Part shown: piece after piece, positions 21,160 through 37,370 of the stretch | How the letters are laid out: every line of letters starts with the position of its first letter | Position numbering within the stretch: the stretch's first letter is position 1 | NCBI RefSeq assembly: GCF_009914755.1 | Contig: NC_060931.1 | Source of the DNA: the human T2T-CHM13v2.0 reference genome, Homo sapiens | DNA length: 64,000 nt | Reading direction: 5' to 3' (one strand) | Translations under genes and position numbers: made by a program | The notes under the pieces: model-generated | Told to the model about the DNA's origin: nothing | Seen by the model: only the letters and a program-made list of their open reading frames with translations | The model's database searches: none

Positions 21160-21619
21160 TACTTAAACTAACGCATATTTTCAAGATACTGATGGAACCA
21201 GCTACCAATCAGGCACTCAGAAACAGCTTTATGAGTTTTCCAGATAGGTTCTGTGTCTTACACTTCTGTAATGCTATACTTTGGCACAAATACAACAAAT
21301 AATAGTTCAGCTACACAAATGTGGTTTACCTAGATTTGTGGCTACAATTTTTCAAGTCTTCAGCAGTAGAGAAATCAAACTCACCCACCCCCATTTATTC
21401 CAGGATGTGCAGAAGGGTGTGGCAAGGAAAGTACCGAGTTCTGTAGAGGGAGAAAGTTACTTAATAGGGCACTATCCGATGAGAACTTTTCATTAATAAT
21501 CTAACTTAGAAACTGAACAAAAGGATCTCTGTTCTTGTTATTCTTTTCTTCTTACCTTAAGCTCTGCTTGGCAGGTGCAGAGAGGAAGAGGACAGAGGGA
21601 CAAGAAATGCCAATTATGA

Positions 21620-23491
<1,872 letters not shown>

Positions 23492-23793
23492 CCCCTTTTC
23501 TAAGTTTCAAGGGGATCTTGTTTTCTTGGGTTGTGTAAACAACTCCAGGGTTATCCTATTACCTTTCAAGACTGTGTGGACTTTGGTCTTCTCATCTTTC
23601 TAAATTGTGAGGCACTAATCTTTTAATTCCAAACTGAATTTGCTCTTAGTGGATTCATCCATTTGCTAAGTGGGTAGCAGTCAAACTACACTGAGTAGAA
23701 AGGATTGGCACAGGCAAAAACGAGTGAAAACAAGTCTGCAAATTCCACACACTGAATAGAATACCTTCAACTTAATTTCTTGGACAATGAAAG

Positions 23794-24147
23794 TGAGGCA
23801 GGAAAATGGGGTCTGGAGTAGGGGACATAAGGCCGAGCCACAGTTCAGCTATGACAGGAAACATCCTCTCCATAGGGTGTACGTCGAGTAAATGACTGTG
23901 TGACTTTACTTAAACCTCTTCATTTACATAGGGCGTACACCAAGTAACCAATGGAAACCCCTAGAGGGTATTTAAACCCCCACAAATTCTGTAACCGGGC
24001 CCTTGAGCCCCTATGCTCAGGCCTGCTCCCACACTGTGGAGTGTATTTTCATTTTCAATAAATTCCTTCATTCTTTCCTTGCTTTGTGTGTTTTGTCCAA
24101 CTCTTTGTTCAAGACGCCAAGAACCTGGACACCCTCCACCAGTAACA
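23794..24147 (+). mobile_element. Complete solo ERV1 LTR (MER51/MER61-type), 354 bp
   Basis: TG...CA termini, 4-bp TSD AAAG on both sides, CCAAT 23948, TATTTAAA 23969, AATAAA 24057. Confidence 0.88.
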
Positions 24148-24249
24148 AAAGTACTGGGTGTTCTCACCAGAGACACAAAATTAGAGAACAGAAAGATCAT
24201 CTCATCCAATGTTTCATGTTTTACAAACGAGAAAACTATCATGTTGCAA

Positions 24250-24298
24250 AGGAAATCAACAGAAAATATCACTTTGACACCAATTCATAGCATTTATT
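24250..24298 (-). terminator. KIAA1549: Distal poly(A) signal of KIAA1549 (AATAAA 24293-24298) with U/GU-rich downstream element
   Basis: Minus strand reads AATAAAtgctatgaattggtgtca, followed by tattttctgttgatttcctttg. Confidence 0.8.
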
Positions 24299-24958
24299 GA
24301 CATTTCCATTTAAAATGCTAGGAAAGCTGTATAAATTGTAAACATGGAAACCAAATACTTGCATAAATTATTTCAAAAACTCTACAGCACATTAGAAAAC
24401 AGTGCAGCTATTGAAGGATAGAAACATAAAACCGACAAATAGAAGGGAGGGGCCGATTATTAAATCGTATACCCATACTGAGATTTCAGTGCCTGTTTGA
24501 GGACCAGCAAACCATGATTGTCAAGTTTAAGTTGCAGTATTGATGCCACAGTTGGCCTCAATTTGCTCTGCACATTTCGTACATTAACGCTCATAATCTA
24601 GGGATGAGTGTGCAGGAAGAGCCAGAAAAACATGGACCTTGACAAAGGAGGGAGAGACAAGTCAGTACTCCAGGGCAGCTCTGCCGAGCAACCTTTCCTA
24701 TTAACGCTAGCCAGACTCCCTGCGTCCCAGAGATGCTCCGGAGGAGGGCAAAGTCGAGGGCGTTCCCACTCCCCTTTTCTGAAACAAGTCCTCTGGTGCT
24801 TAGAGCAACTGAATGAATGGGTGGAGCCTCAGTTCCTCTAGTATCTCCCTCTTCTTTCCCCACATTTGCAGGAGGAACAGTACAGCATATGCGACTTGAA
24901 CTTGGCCCTGTACTATTCCCAACTTGTACACTTAGGGAGTCAAGTTATGAATACTTGA

Positions 24959-25417
<459 letters not shown>

Positions 25418-26536
25418 TGACCCCTGAAAAACCTGGAGGAAGAAGGAAAAGGAAGGATCCTGGATAATTATCTACCCTGTGGGAAGCCATTTTAACTATA
25501 CTGCATTAAGACATTCATTGCTTCTGTCACTTTCTTACTGGCTCCTAACTTTGTTTCATGTTTCCAAAGGCATTTAATATTCTTTTCCTAAATTTCAATG
25601 CTGCTGTGTTTTAAGATAAATTATCAAGCCTACTGTCACACACACAAGCATGGACTTAGCAATGTACCATGATGTTGCGATTTCCAAGTCATCTTCATAG
25701 TGGAGAAAGTAGTCCTGTTTAAACACTGACAATCACCTCCACGAATATCAAAAGAAACCCGAAATGCACATCCTCCTTGTTCATTAGGTAACAAGTGTTA
25801 AGTCTATCATAGTTGATGAGTATGTTACAGCAGCTGCTCATAGAAACCCTGTTAGAACGTGTTAACATGTTAGATTAAATGTAAAAATGAAGTTCAGTTG
25901 ACTATGCCATAGAAATGTGTTTTGTGTTCACATGCTCTGTCTGCCGGTACAGAAGTGGACTTCCTCCTGCTCCTGTCCAGGGCAAATGTGGATAAGCAGG
26001 CTCTAGTACTGGCGCTGGCACCTTGCTCCGGAGGTAGAAATGACCACGGTGAAAACTCCACTTGAGCTAAAGTTAGCGTGGGAGTTAAGACCGGAGTCCT
26101 CCTTCCCCTGTGCCCAAAACGTTACCCAGCTTTCCTTCCAAACGACAAATTCATTCATGTCTGAGAATCTAGTGTGAAAGGGATGAGAGAGACTTATATA
26201 ATAACTAATTTGTGAATTACTGCCAATGCACTGCAAATCAGTGTCCGAATGACTGGCTTGGTCACTGGAACACTTAGAAAAAAGTTGTGCGAAAGAAGGA
26301 ACGCTGAACCTGTCCACGGGAAACGGGAGACTCCTATAGCACAGAACCGCGTGCTGGCTTTAGCCCAAAGCCTTTAGCGCCTACCTTCACCCGTGCTTTG
26401 CCTCACAGTCCGCATGCCAGGAAAGATCTGGCCGGCAAACACCCACTGCTTAAAAGTCATCTGCCACCCAAATCAAAACACTATGAAATTAATAAAATTT
26501 GGAGAAAAATGTGTAGGTAGCAGTAAAGAAGCTGAA

Positions 26537-26586
26537 TATATATATAGATAGATAGACAGATACATAGACAGACAGACAGATAGATA
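26537..26586. repeat. (TA)n(GATA)n(GACA)n compound repeat in the 3'UTR
   Basis: Seen directly. Confidence 0.85.
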
Positions 26587-27055
26587 ACCCACTATGCTCC
26601 ACAAAGGATATGGCGTGGCCAAACGGCTGCTTGAGATCTGCTCTAAACAATGACCTCAGTGTCATTCTCATCATTTTCGTCCTCTTCCCTTGCCTCCCCC
26701 ACACTGGAGTACTTCCTCTGTAGATCTTCACAGCCCTGGTCGTTTCCTTGCTGCATGACTGCAAAAGCATCCTTCCAGCACCTCTTCCTTCTCTTCTGAA
26801 ACTCCCTCAATAGTGCAGTCGGGGATTCTGTCCCCATATCAAAGCAGATCAAGATCAAGTTCATTTCAGTGACAGCTTCACTCCTTCCCTACAGCCTTTC
26901 CCAGGCCCACTCTCAGCTCTTCCTTCCACGCCATTTGCCTGGGTAGCTGCCCTGCCTTCAAAGTCACTTCAGAAGTTGACGTCTCCCCAAGATATTGCAT
27001 TTCCAAACATGCAACTTCTTCTGGGTGCCTAATTCATTTATGTCTTTTGAACAAA

Positions 27056-27336
27056 TTTTTTTCTTTTTGAGACACAGTCTTGCTCTGTCGCCCAGGTTGG
27101 AGTACAGTGGTGCAATCTCAGCTCACTGCAACCTCCACCCCCCGGGTTCAAGCAATTATCGTGCCTCAGCTGGGACTACAGGCATGCGCCACCACACCCA
27201 GCTAGTTTTTGTATTTTTTTGTAGAGACGGGGTTTTGCCATGTTGCCTGGGCTGGTTTTAAGCTCTTGATCTCAAGTGATCCACCTGCCTCAGCCTCCCA
27301 AAATGCTGGGATTACAGGCGTGAGCCACCGCGCCTG
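27056..27336 (-). mobile_element. Alu in the KIAA1549 3'UTR (sense to the mRNA)
   Basis: Alu consensus with a small internal deletion. Confidence 0.9.
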
Positions 27337-29058
27337 ATCTCTTCGAATGAATTTTATTGACACTTAAACCATGTTATTTATCGGTATCTTCCATCTTCTA
27401 TACCCACTCGTGCTATCTTAGATTCTAAAATCTCAGAAGGCAAGGCTCATGTCTGCTGGGTTATTTGGTGCCAGAGACACCAGAAAGTCGGGAGCAGAAA
27501 GATGCTTAATAAATGCAATCGGAAAATTGGTGAAGGAAGTGAAATTAAAGCAAAATGGGAGTGAGGAAACTGAGTCACACCGAGCTTTCGGTTTTGCTCA
27601 TTACCCATGTGTGAACCCATTCACCGCAGTAGTGCAGCGTTTCACATCACTCATCCTAGGGCGTCCACATAGACAGCATGCTACATTTTCACAGTGCTTT
27701 ATGCTCCCTCCTCACAGGACATCTGCACACATGATCACATCTGATTCTCACAACTACGGTGCCTGGGAGGTGGCGGGGGAGGTCTGTTCTTGTTTGGCTT
27801 ATGGGGAGAATGAAGTTCAGAGAAGGAACCAGACATGGTCAGTGAGTGACAAAGTAGTCTCTGAAAAAAAAAAAAACAACATTTCTCCAAACATTCTGAC
27901 TCAAATTTACAGTTTGTGTTACCACTAGAACTTTTAAAATAGGAAAAAAGAATAGACATAAAATTCAACTGTTCATTGTAGAGTGCTTCCATAAACGGAC
28001 TCCAAAGCCACACGCTGTCAACGCAAGGACCCTTCCTTTCAGTGGATGACGTGAACTTAATGTCTGAAGACCGCTAGGGTACGGTGCTGCTCACACAGCT
28101 AGTTTTTTCTGAGTTTGGTGACTGGCAAAACTGTTGTGGCAGGCGTCGAGAGGAAGCAAGTACAAACTGTGTGTGCTTTATGACCACCAGCAGAGGGCTG
28201 GTGATCCGGGGGCCTGCTCACACCACACCATAACCACCGGCTGTTTATTATACATCATCTTTGGTCTTGACATCTGTTTAAAGGTGTATTGTTTCTAAGA
28301 ATAAAAATACAGTTAAAATCCCTTTATGGTAGTTTGAAAGACATCAAAATTGCTTTTACGGTCAGCCCAATTTGAAACAGAACCCTCTTTCTGCAATGCT
28401 CAAAGGAGGTTACCATTTTTAGCACACTCTATGTGCAAGCCTGTATGGCCCTGAGCGGAACTGGGTGAGAAGGGGCCATTTATCCCGTTTGCTGTCACAC
28501 GATTTGAATTCATTACAAGGTGTCCATAATAAAATTCTGCTTGGATATCTGAAATTCTTAATAACATATTCAGGAAACCTGGTATTTTTGAGTGACATAC
28601 AAAGATAATCGTTCAATTTGGGAGGAGTCGGGTATTAAACCAAGACCAAGAGAAATTTGGTATTAAACCAAAACCAAGACATCAAGCCCAGAAAGGGGCA
28701 TTCTCTCCAATGCTCCTTGGAGCCTCTGAGGATCGCCTGATAAGATGCTGCTGGTCCTTTGTTGAACGTCCTTGAGAGACTTACTCTCCTGCACTCCTTC
28801 TCTTTCAGAGGTGCCCAGATGAAAACTGGCTACATCTTACCTTCCCAGAACCAACTTCCCTCATATTGTAAGACTCTAAATCTGTACAACAGGCTTCATT
28901 AATGAAGGGCTAAAACATGGTTTTGAAATCCAGTGATTACACTTTGGAAACCTGTTTTAGCTGTTTCAGGGGTCTTAAAACTTGACACAGATACACAGGT
29001 TTTGATCAGTCAGAGCCCCAAATTCTATAGCCCCTTATCTGTTATTTAATGAAAAGTA

Positions 29059-29385
29059 CAGTCATGCACACATCAGGATGTTTTGGTCAATGACGGTCTA
29101 CATATTGATGGTAGTCCCATAAGATTATAAAATTGTATTTTTACCATACCTTTTCTATGTTTAGCTATGTTTAGATACACAAATACTTACCATTGTGTTC
29201 AGTACAGTAACATGCTGTACAGGTTTGTAGCCTAAGAGGAATAGGCCATGCCACACAGCCCAGGTGTGTAGTAGGCTATACCATGTAGGTTGTGTAAGTA
29301 CAATCTAGGATGTTGGCACAGCAACAAAACAGCCTAATGACACATTTCTCAGAATGCATCCCCATCATTAAGCGATGCATGACTG
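29059..29385 (+). mobile_element. Tigger3a/MER7A-type MITE in the 3'UTR
   Basis: Termini ta|CAGTCATGC ... GCATGACTG. Internal gtcccataagattataa and gtttagatacacaaatacttaccattgtg. Confidence 0.85.
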
Positions 29386-30796
29386 TCTTCGCTGATCTAA
29401 TAAAAACAGGTTAATAGTGAAAATCTCTTAGCTAAGCCTGCTTTTCTTCTGAGTTTCACTCAGGTACCAGAAAACAGAACAGCCCTTGCCACTGTTTTCT
29501 TTACCATTATTTGGAAAGTGGGGGAAATGTTTACATCAGGAGTACATCTTAAGCGAGATGATCCCCTCTTAGCCCAAAGAGCATAAGACAATTTTAATAG
29601 CCACTCGACAGAGTAACAGCACAATAAAATCAGAAATGAGAAGCAACTCTCTCCTTTCCCTTGGGGTCTCAAAGCTCTTTTACATTTCTTGATTCATTAC
29701 AGAGAGGCTGAACTGAACTCAATTTCATTTCCAGGCTCTGAACACAGGGAATGTGACTGGTAGGGATGTATGTATAACAATTTCGTGGTGCTGGGAATTA
29801 TTAAATAACTTCTGCTTACAGAAGATTTCTCATTCAGACATAATTTGTGAACAAATCAACAGCAAAGTGGAAGAAAGGATCAGTTAGGACCTCTTGAAAG
29901 CCGCATTCTACAGGATCGGCCTTAGCGATCGGTGCTGAACTGGGACATGACCAGGAGTTGTGTGTGCCCAATTAAGAAACAGCAAATACAATGAAGAATG
30001 TAGATCTAAACTTTGATCTGTATTTTGGATAATCAAATAAATATAAAGCTTTTTGCCCCACTTTGGGAGGGATTTTTTTTTTCTAGAACAAAATGAAACC
30101 TTCAACATATTCTTCCACTGAAAAAGCCAAAGTTCCATTTCAGACATGAAGGTGAAGGGCCCTTGGAGCTGTAGCACCAGAAGAAGGAGGAAGAATGCGG
30201 GTGATGGCTTTGTTTGGAGTCATCAGGCTCTACAACCTATCATTTGGTTTCTCACTAGTAGCTTTTTAAAATTCCCAAACAGTCTTAGTATTCTTGTTGT
30301 TAATGTTACTATTAAAATAAGTTCCTATGGAGTAAAAGAGAAAAATTAAGCTGTTAATAAAATGTCTTCAAACCTCTTCTCAGAAAACAAAGCAGCAGGT
30401 TCATCGTACACGTACCAGTCTCAATCCCACAGAAACGCTTGGTTCCTTTCATCCCTATGCTGTCTATACAGTTTAATCTCTACCTTTAAAAAAGAGACGA
30501 ATGCAGTCATTTTGTTAGCTTAGGTTTGTGTTTTGTTTTTGTGAAGTGCTGCTGGCTTTTGGCCAAAATACATATATTTCAACTGAACCCAAGTGTTCAG
30601 ACAATTGCCAGCCCAGTGAAAGGCTCATGAGCTGTCACACGACGTATGGCATCTTCTAAATTGCAACTTGCTCCCTCCCTTGGGCAGGCTGCCCGAGAGT
30701 TGCTCCTTCCTCTTCCAAACACCCACTCAGTTGATTTCCTTTTGGTCTTGCTTCCACAGGAAGCGGATACTTGGCAAATCTGCGAGGCGAGGCCGA

Positions 30797-31051
30797 TCAG
30801 CTGTGGAAGTTCTGCACGGTGCTCTGTTTCTGGGAGAGCCGGAGGAGCTCCTCGCGGATTGCTTTGATGAGAGAGGCCGAGGAGTGGCCAGGCTGGAGGT
30901 CTTCCGTGGAGCTGGTGGGGTAACCCAGCCCAGGGCCCTGCAGTCCCCGGTGGGGGAGGTTCCCGGAAGGAGCTGAGGGCTCCCTGCCTGAAGTCCTTGG
31001 CACCTGAAATAGCGGTGAAGAAGAATACTCTTGATGTCCGAGCATGTGTGT
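30797..31051 (-). CDS. KIAA1549: KIAA1549 terminal coding exon (exon 20), THMLGHQEY...[28 protein letters not shown]-stop; alternative acceptor at 31003
   Basis: Acceptor gtttttcag|ACA at 31051 and a second ctatttcag|GTG at 31003. TGA at 30797-30799. C-terminus recognised as KIAA1549. Confidence 0.96.
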   Translation of the reverse strand, partial: THMLGHQEYSSSPLFQVPRTSGREPSAPSGNLPHRGLQGPGLGYPTSSTEDLQPGHSSASLIKAIREELLRLSQKQSTVQNFHS

Positions 31052-31773
31052 CTGAAAAACATGGCAAACGTCACTGTACTTCCTACGAAGAATAAGCCGA
31101 AACATCAAATGCAAACTGGCTTTAGGAAGGTTCCCAGGACTGCCCACGTCCATCCACCAACTCAGCCCTCTAACAGGGCCCTGCTGCCTATGCTGCAGGT
31201 GAGGCGTGAAGACACCAGGGGGCTGGGGAGAACAGAAGGGAGGGAGGCTGGAGTGCCCCATGATGTGAAAGGTCGGGTGATATCTGAGAGCTGAAGGAGG
31301 TTAAGCGGATCCATGCCAGGCTGACAAGGGGAACAGGTGCCTCTGCCCTGGACTGGAGCCTACGCAACCATCTTCTGCTTTATCTAGCTGCTGTCTGTCT
31401 CCTGTCTCTGCGTGAGTGTGTGTCTACTGAGGGCTCTGTAGAGCCTTGTCTTTAAAAACTTATCTGCACTAAAGCATAAAATAGTTTTGCTGATATTTGC
31501 CGCATAGAGATTAATTTGGCAGGAGTTTCACAAGAATTATTACACTTTTCAGATTTTTTTTTCATGTTTATTTCTCTCCCAGTGGAAATAAATGTCTCTT
31601 TGCATTTATATGTAAGAGTACTTAAATCTGCGTACTAAAAACCATGTTAGGGCTAAGTTATTTGTGAGCCAAACATGACATTCCAGCTCTAGGTTCTTTC
31701 TACGTTTCACTTCTCCAAATAGTGACCGAGCAGTGCTCCAAAGTGGATGTGACAGGAAAACCTTAACACACCA

Positions 31774-31905
31774 TGCCAGGCACGGTGGCTCATACTTGTA
31801 ACCCCAATCCTTTGGGAGGCCAAGGAGAGAGGATTGCTTGAGGCCAGGAGTTCAAGACCAGCCTGGCCAACATAGTGAGACCTTGCCTCCATTTTTTCAA
31901 AAAAA
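31774..31905 (+). mobile_element. FLAM/Alu left monomer
   Basis: Monomeric Alu sequence. Confidence 0.8.
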
Positions 31906-32658
31906 CAAAACACCAAAACCAACCCCAAACACCTCATGAAGCTAAGCTGGGCAAAATGAAGGCAAAAAAAGAGAAATGGCAGCAAACTTAAAGCAGATAC
32001 CTGAGACTCTAAGTATAACAATGTCTCTTTTAGGGAAGCACCTTATTCTAAAGTTAATGTCTTTTTACTAGGTAAGAGCATCCAGCCATGAAAGGAATTG
32101 AGTGTGTCTGTTGGGAAGGCACAGAAATGCAACAGACACTGTAGCATAACGATAAGGAGAAAACAAAAAGTAATATTCTGGGTGGTTATTTTCAAACTTC
32201 ATGAATTTATCCCCCCAAGATATACAGTTCTTGAGAAAAGCAAATGAAAGCACTTGTAGGAATTACCGATGCTCATATTGAGTGAACAGAAGTCTCAAAA
32301 AGAAAACCTGTGCCTTAAAATGTCCCCAACTGTGTGCTTATTACAAAATTACCTACACATGGTCATAATACAAATGACATTAACAAACCCACAGTGAAAC
32401 ACAAATGCTGTGGAAGAGCATGAATATTTATACAGCAATCCCGCCAAACATGAACTCCAGAGTTGTCACCTATAGATTCGAATTTACTACTGAAAGCTTG
32501 AACTCTGCCTCAAGAAAAATTATATACTTCCTAAAAGCTAGATGCTAAAAACTGTAAGCCAAAACACCAGGAGGCAGGAAAATGTGAGAGAGATTAAAAC
32601 TTTTTTAAATGTAGGTTTTAAAAAGGGACCCCCCCCAAAGCAGAAGCTGCTAAATTGA

Positions 32659-32982
<324 letters not shown>

Positions 32983-33025
32983 TATGTCTAAATTTTAAAT
33001 GATGACCCAAACAGGAGATACTCAC

Positions 33026-33171
33026 GGCCTCTCTTCGCCCCGCTTCGTCCTCCCCGTACGAAGGCCAGCCTGGCCCCCCATACTGGCTGCCTCTGCTTGG
33101 CGGGATTTCCACTGGCTGAGCTCCAATTCTGCTGGCAATCCCCACCTGTGTCAGGTGCTGGATCTGGGAGC
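33026..33171 (-). CDS. KIAA1549: KIAA1549 coding exon (exon 19), 146 nt, [16 protein letters not shown]...EDEAGRREA
   Basis: Acceptor ttccttccag|GC and donor GCC|gtgagt. Phase 1 to 0. Lies within ORF 32903..33184. Confidence 0.94.
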
Positions 33172-33243
33172 CTGGAAGGAACATGGTGGAGTGGCCTGGT
33201 CAACATTTATAGGAGAGTATGGCTGCTGAGGATGGCTGCCGAG

Positions 33244-33847
33244 GAAGACACTGTCAACTCTGACCACTACACTCCTTAATGACAAGGGATCAGGACTTGG
33301 TACCAGTTCTATCTCCAGAAATCTCACCTCAACTGCCATACTGTCAGCATTTCCTGAGGGTCCCATAGGTAAGGAAATGCACCACGAAGCGGTAGGAAAA
33401 TGTACCACGAAGCACCGTGGACCAAGCAATAAAAATAAACAAATAAAAGAAGAAAATCCCATTGCAAAAAAAGTCTGAAACAGAATTCTTGACCCCGTGA
33501 CATTCATCCCTAAGCCTAAGTCTGTCCCCCATTTCGCCCTCCCCATTTCCACCCAGGGCTGTGCAGCCCTACTTGCTCAGATCTAAAAACCTACACCCTA
33601 TGCGCCACTCCTCTTTCCTGCGCACTTCTACCAGCCCATCAGAAAGCCCACGGGCTCCTCTCCTGAAACACTGTGTGAGGGTGACCCCTCCTCCCTGTGA
33701 GCACCACAACAGCCCCAGTGGAACCACAATCCCACCCCTGATGCAACTGTTTCGGAAACACCCTGTCAGAAGACACTGTCAGCTCTGATCACTGCACTCC
33801 TTAAGGACAAGGGATCATGACTTGGTACCAGTTCTATCTCCAGAAAT
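33244..33847. repeat. Dispersed 79-bp direct repeat (33244-33322 and 33769-33847)
   Basis: 74/79 identical by manual alignment. Confidence 0.92.
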
Positions 33848-34628
33848 GGCATTTCCTAAGAGCAACAGACCATAAGCTTCTTGGTTCCTGGACTCTGATT
33901 TTCTTTTAATTCAGAGGCTGACAGTGATGCCCTTATTTTCGTGGCTAGACATTAGGACTGGGGATAAACGGTACCACAGAAGGTACTTCCATTCATCTCT
34001 GTGGCAGTTACCAACAAGGAGCAGCTCATTTATTAAGAAAGGGGTGACAGGTTTGGGAGCCACCATGAAGCTGAAGCCTGGCTCTTTCTTGCTTGTGGCT
34101 TCGAGATTCACAAGGAGCTGGTTATACAATATGCTTATTTTTTTCCCCTTAAAAGGCAGAATACGTATCTATTTAAATTCAGCATATTGAAGTATATTTT
34201 CATTATAACCCATATTGTGTCTGTAATGTAGCCACAAGACAATTAAAACCACTCCCCCAGCCTCACTGGTGCGGTGAGCTGATGGCAGAGCCAGAGGACT
34301 CTCTAGAGCTAATTACCCCCCTATACCCAGACATCTGCAGCCTCCTGTGGCTATGGAAGCCAGGTAATACACAATGTTTTTCTCCCTCACCAACTTCTGT
34401 CGTATGGAAATATACCTATATTGCAAATTAAGGGCGAACAAAGTGATCCTTAAGCACTGTGAAATAGAATACTTATTTCTAAATTTGGAAATTTCATCAA
34501 ATTCACCAGTGATGCTCAGACTGGAACCACAAAGGCTCCAAGCGTCCATATCTAAAGGAGGCACCTCCTCCGTCTTTAAGTCTATTCCTACTCTAGTTGT
34601 CTAATTAATAACCTCCATTCTCTCAATT

Positions 34629-35604
<976 letters not shown>

Positions 35605-37212
35605 TCTACCTCAGAGGGTTATTTCAAGGATTAAAAGACATAAAACAGATGAAGCATCAAACACATAGGAGGCAACTGGTAAATCTCAAATCCCCCTTTT
35701 CTGGCTTTTTATGACCTCTTCATCTTAAGTAGCTGCAGGATTTACTCAAGGATGCCCTTACTACTGAGTATCTGGGGAAACTAACAATTCTTTGCTATTA
35801 TGCAAATAATGCCGTGATAAATATCTTGGCACGTCATTTTCCCCCAATATTTTGGATTTTAGGAGAGTGAGCCTGGATTTCCAGAACTGGAATTACCAAA
35901 TCAAAGGCTCTGTAAGTCCTACCGCCAAACTGCCTTCCAAAAATTTAATAATTTATGCCACCACTGAAAATAATAGTGACAATGGTCATGGCAGCTAATA
36001 TTTATTGAAAGTTTATGCTATGCTAGGCACTATTTTGAGCACTTCTGTCATCTTCTTTTATCAGCTAAACAACCAAGGAGGTAAGTACGAATATTCCCAG
36101 TACATATAGATGAAGAAACTGGATGCTAACTTTACCATGCCACATTATTATAAAAATAATTTCATGATTGAAATGGTGCATTATGGTGTTAATTTGCAAT
36201 TTTAAAATAATTTAAAAACTGGACCTTTTTCCTCCTCCCACTGATCTTTTCAGGTTGGCCCACTTAATTTATATGAGGTATCTTCTACAATAAAAATACT
36301 TCTTGATCGTGAGGTGCTGTAAATTTCTCCTAGGTACTATTTTCTTTTTTTGAAAATAACTGGCAATTTTCAGACAAATACATGCTTCATAATTTTCTAT
36401 AGTTAAAAAGGTAATCCTTCTAATAGATCTTAACATTTTCCATTATATGTTTTTACATAATTTCATCTAATAGAAATTTAAAAATAATTTCCTTTTGAAT
36501 GTTATCAAACATGTATAATTTCTATATTCGTTCAGATTTTAAACTAAAAATTAATACATCTGAATTTTGCTTAGTACGCATGCCATGTAGGGAGGTTCAA
36601 ATACCTAAAATTAGCAGGGGAATCAAGATTCACTGCAAAGCAAAGCACCTGTAAAGTTCAGGAAAACCTACAGGATTCCAGGACACACTATTTTTTTGCT
36701 GAGTAATAGACAATGCAAAATAAAAGAATTTCCTAGAAAAACCATAATGAAAAAATATCCACCAATTATTGCAAATTTGGAATTGGCTTAAACTACTTGC
36801 TTTTGTTTTGTTTTGAGATAAGAGTTTTGCTCTGTCACCCAGACTTTGAGAGTCGTTCGTTACAAGCTGAAAAAAGCACCTTCTTGAAAACTAACTCTTG
36901 TTTTCATGCCATCCAAAGTGCTCAGACCTAGATCTTTCCATTTACAGTAAGGATTTGGAAACGTTTTTCCTGGAGGAAGCGTGCCGTGAATTTCACATGA
37001 AGGGCCTGGTTCCAGAGCCAATCAGCAGACAGCAGCTTTGGGAGCTCCGCCTCTCTCTCCGCCTCCATCTCGGTCAGGATATGAGGGGAAACAGCCCTGA
37101 AACAGCAGTGGCAGAGGCCTCTGCACACTGACACTCTGAGACACCTAAAATAAAGTTTCTTTCAAGTAAATGTCCCGTAGCTCAGAAATGGAAGCTAAAC
37201 AGCCACATATAC

Positions 37213-37370
37213 CTGTGGTACCCCCGACAGGCCGAGGCCGGGCCACCGACGGCATCTCCTCCGAGTAGATCCCTCTGGCAGCAAATGGGGCTTCGGCGGA
37301 GGCCTGTGGCTGCTGAGGGTCAGGGGGCACCAGCTCTGTAGACTGCAGCAAACCGGGGCCAAAACCTGGT
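37213..37370 (-). CDS. KIAA1549: KIAA1549 coding exon (exon 18), 158 nt, [22 protein letters not shown]...RPVGGTT(G)
   Basis: Acceptor ttgccttcag|A and donor CAG|gtatat. Phase 2 to 1. Lies within ORF 37145..37411. Confidence 0.94.

Noticed and set aside
33244-33847. The 79-bp repeats as intronic snoRNA paralogues
   Set aside because: No convincing box C (RUGAUGA) and box D pair with a terminal stem, or H/ACA layout, on the host strand. An Infernal/Rfam search would settle it.
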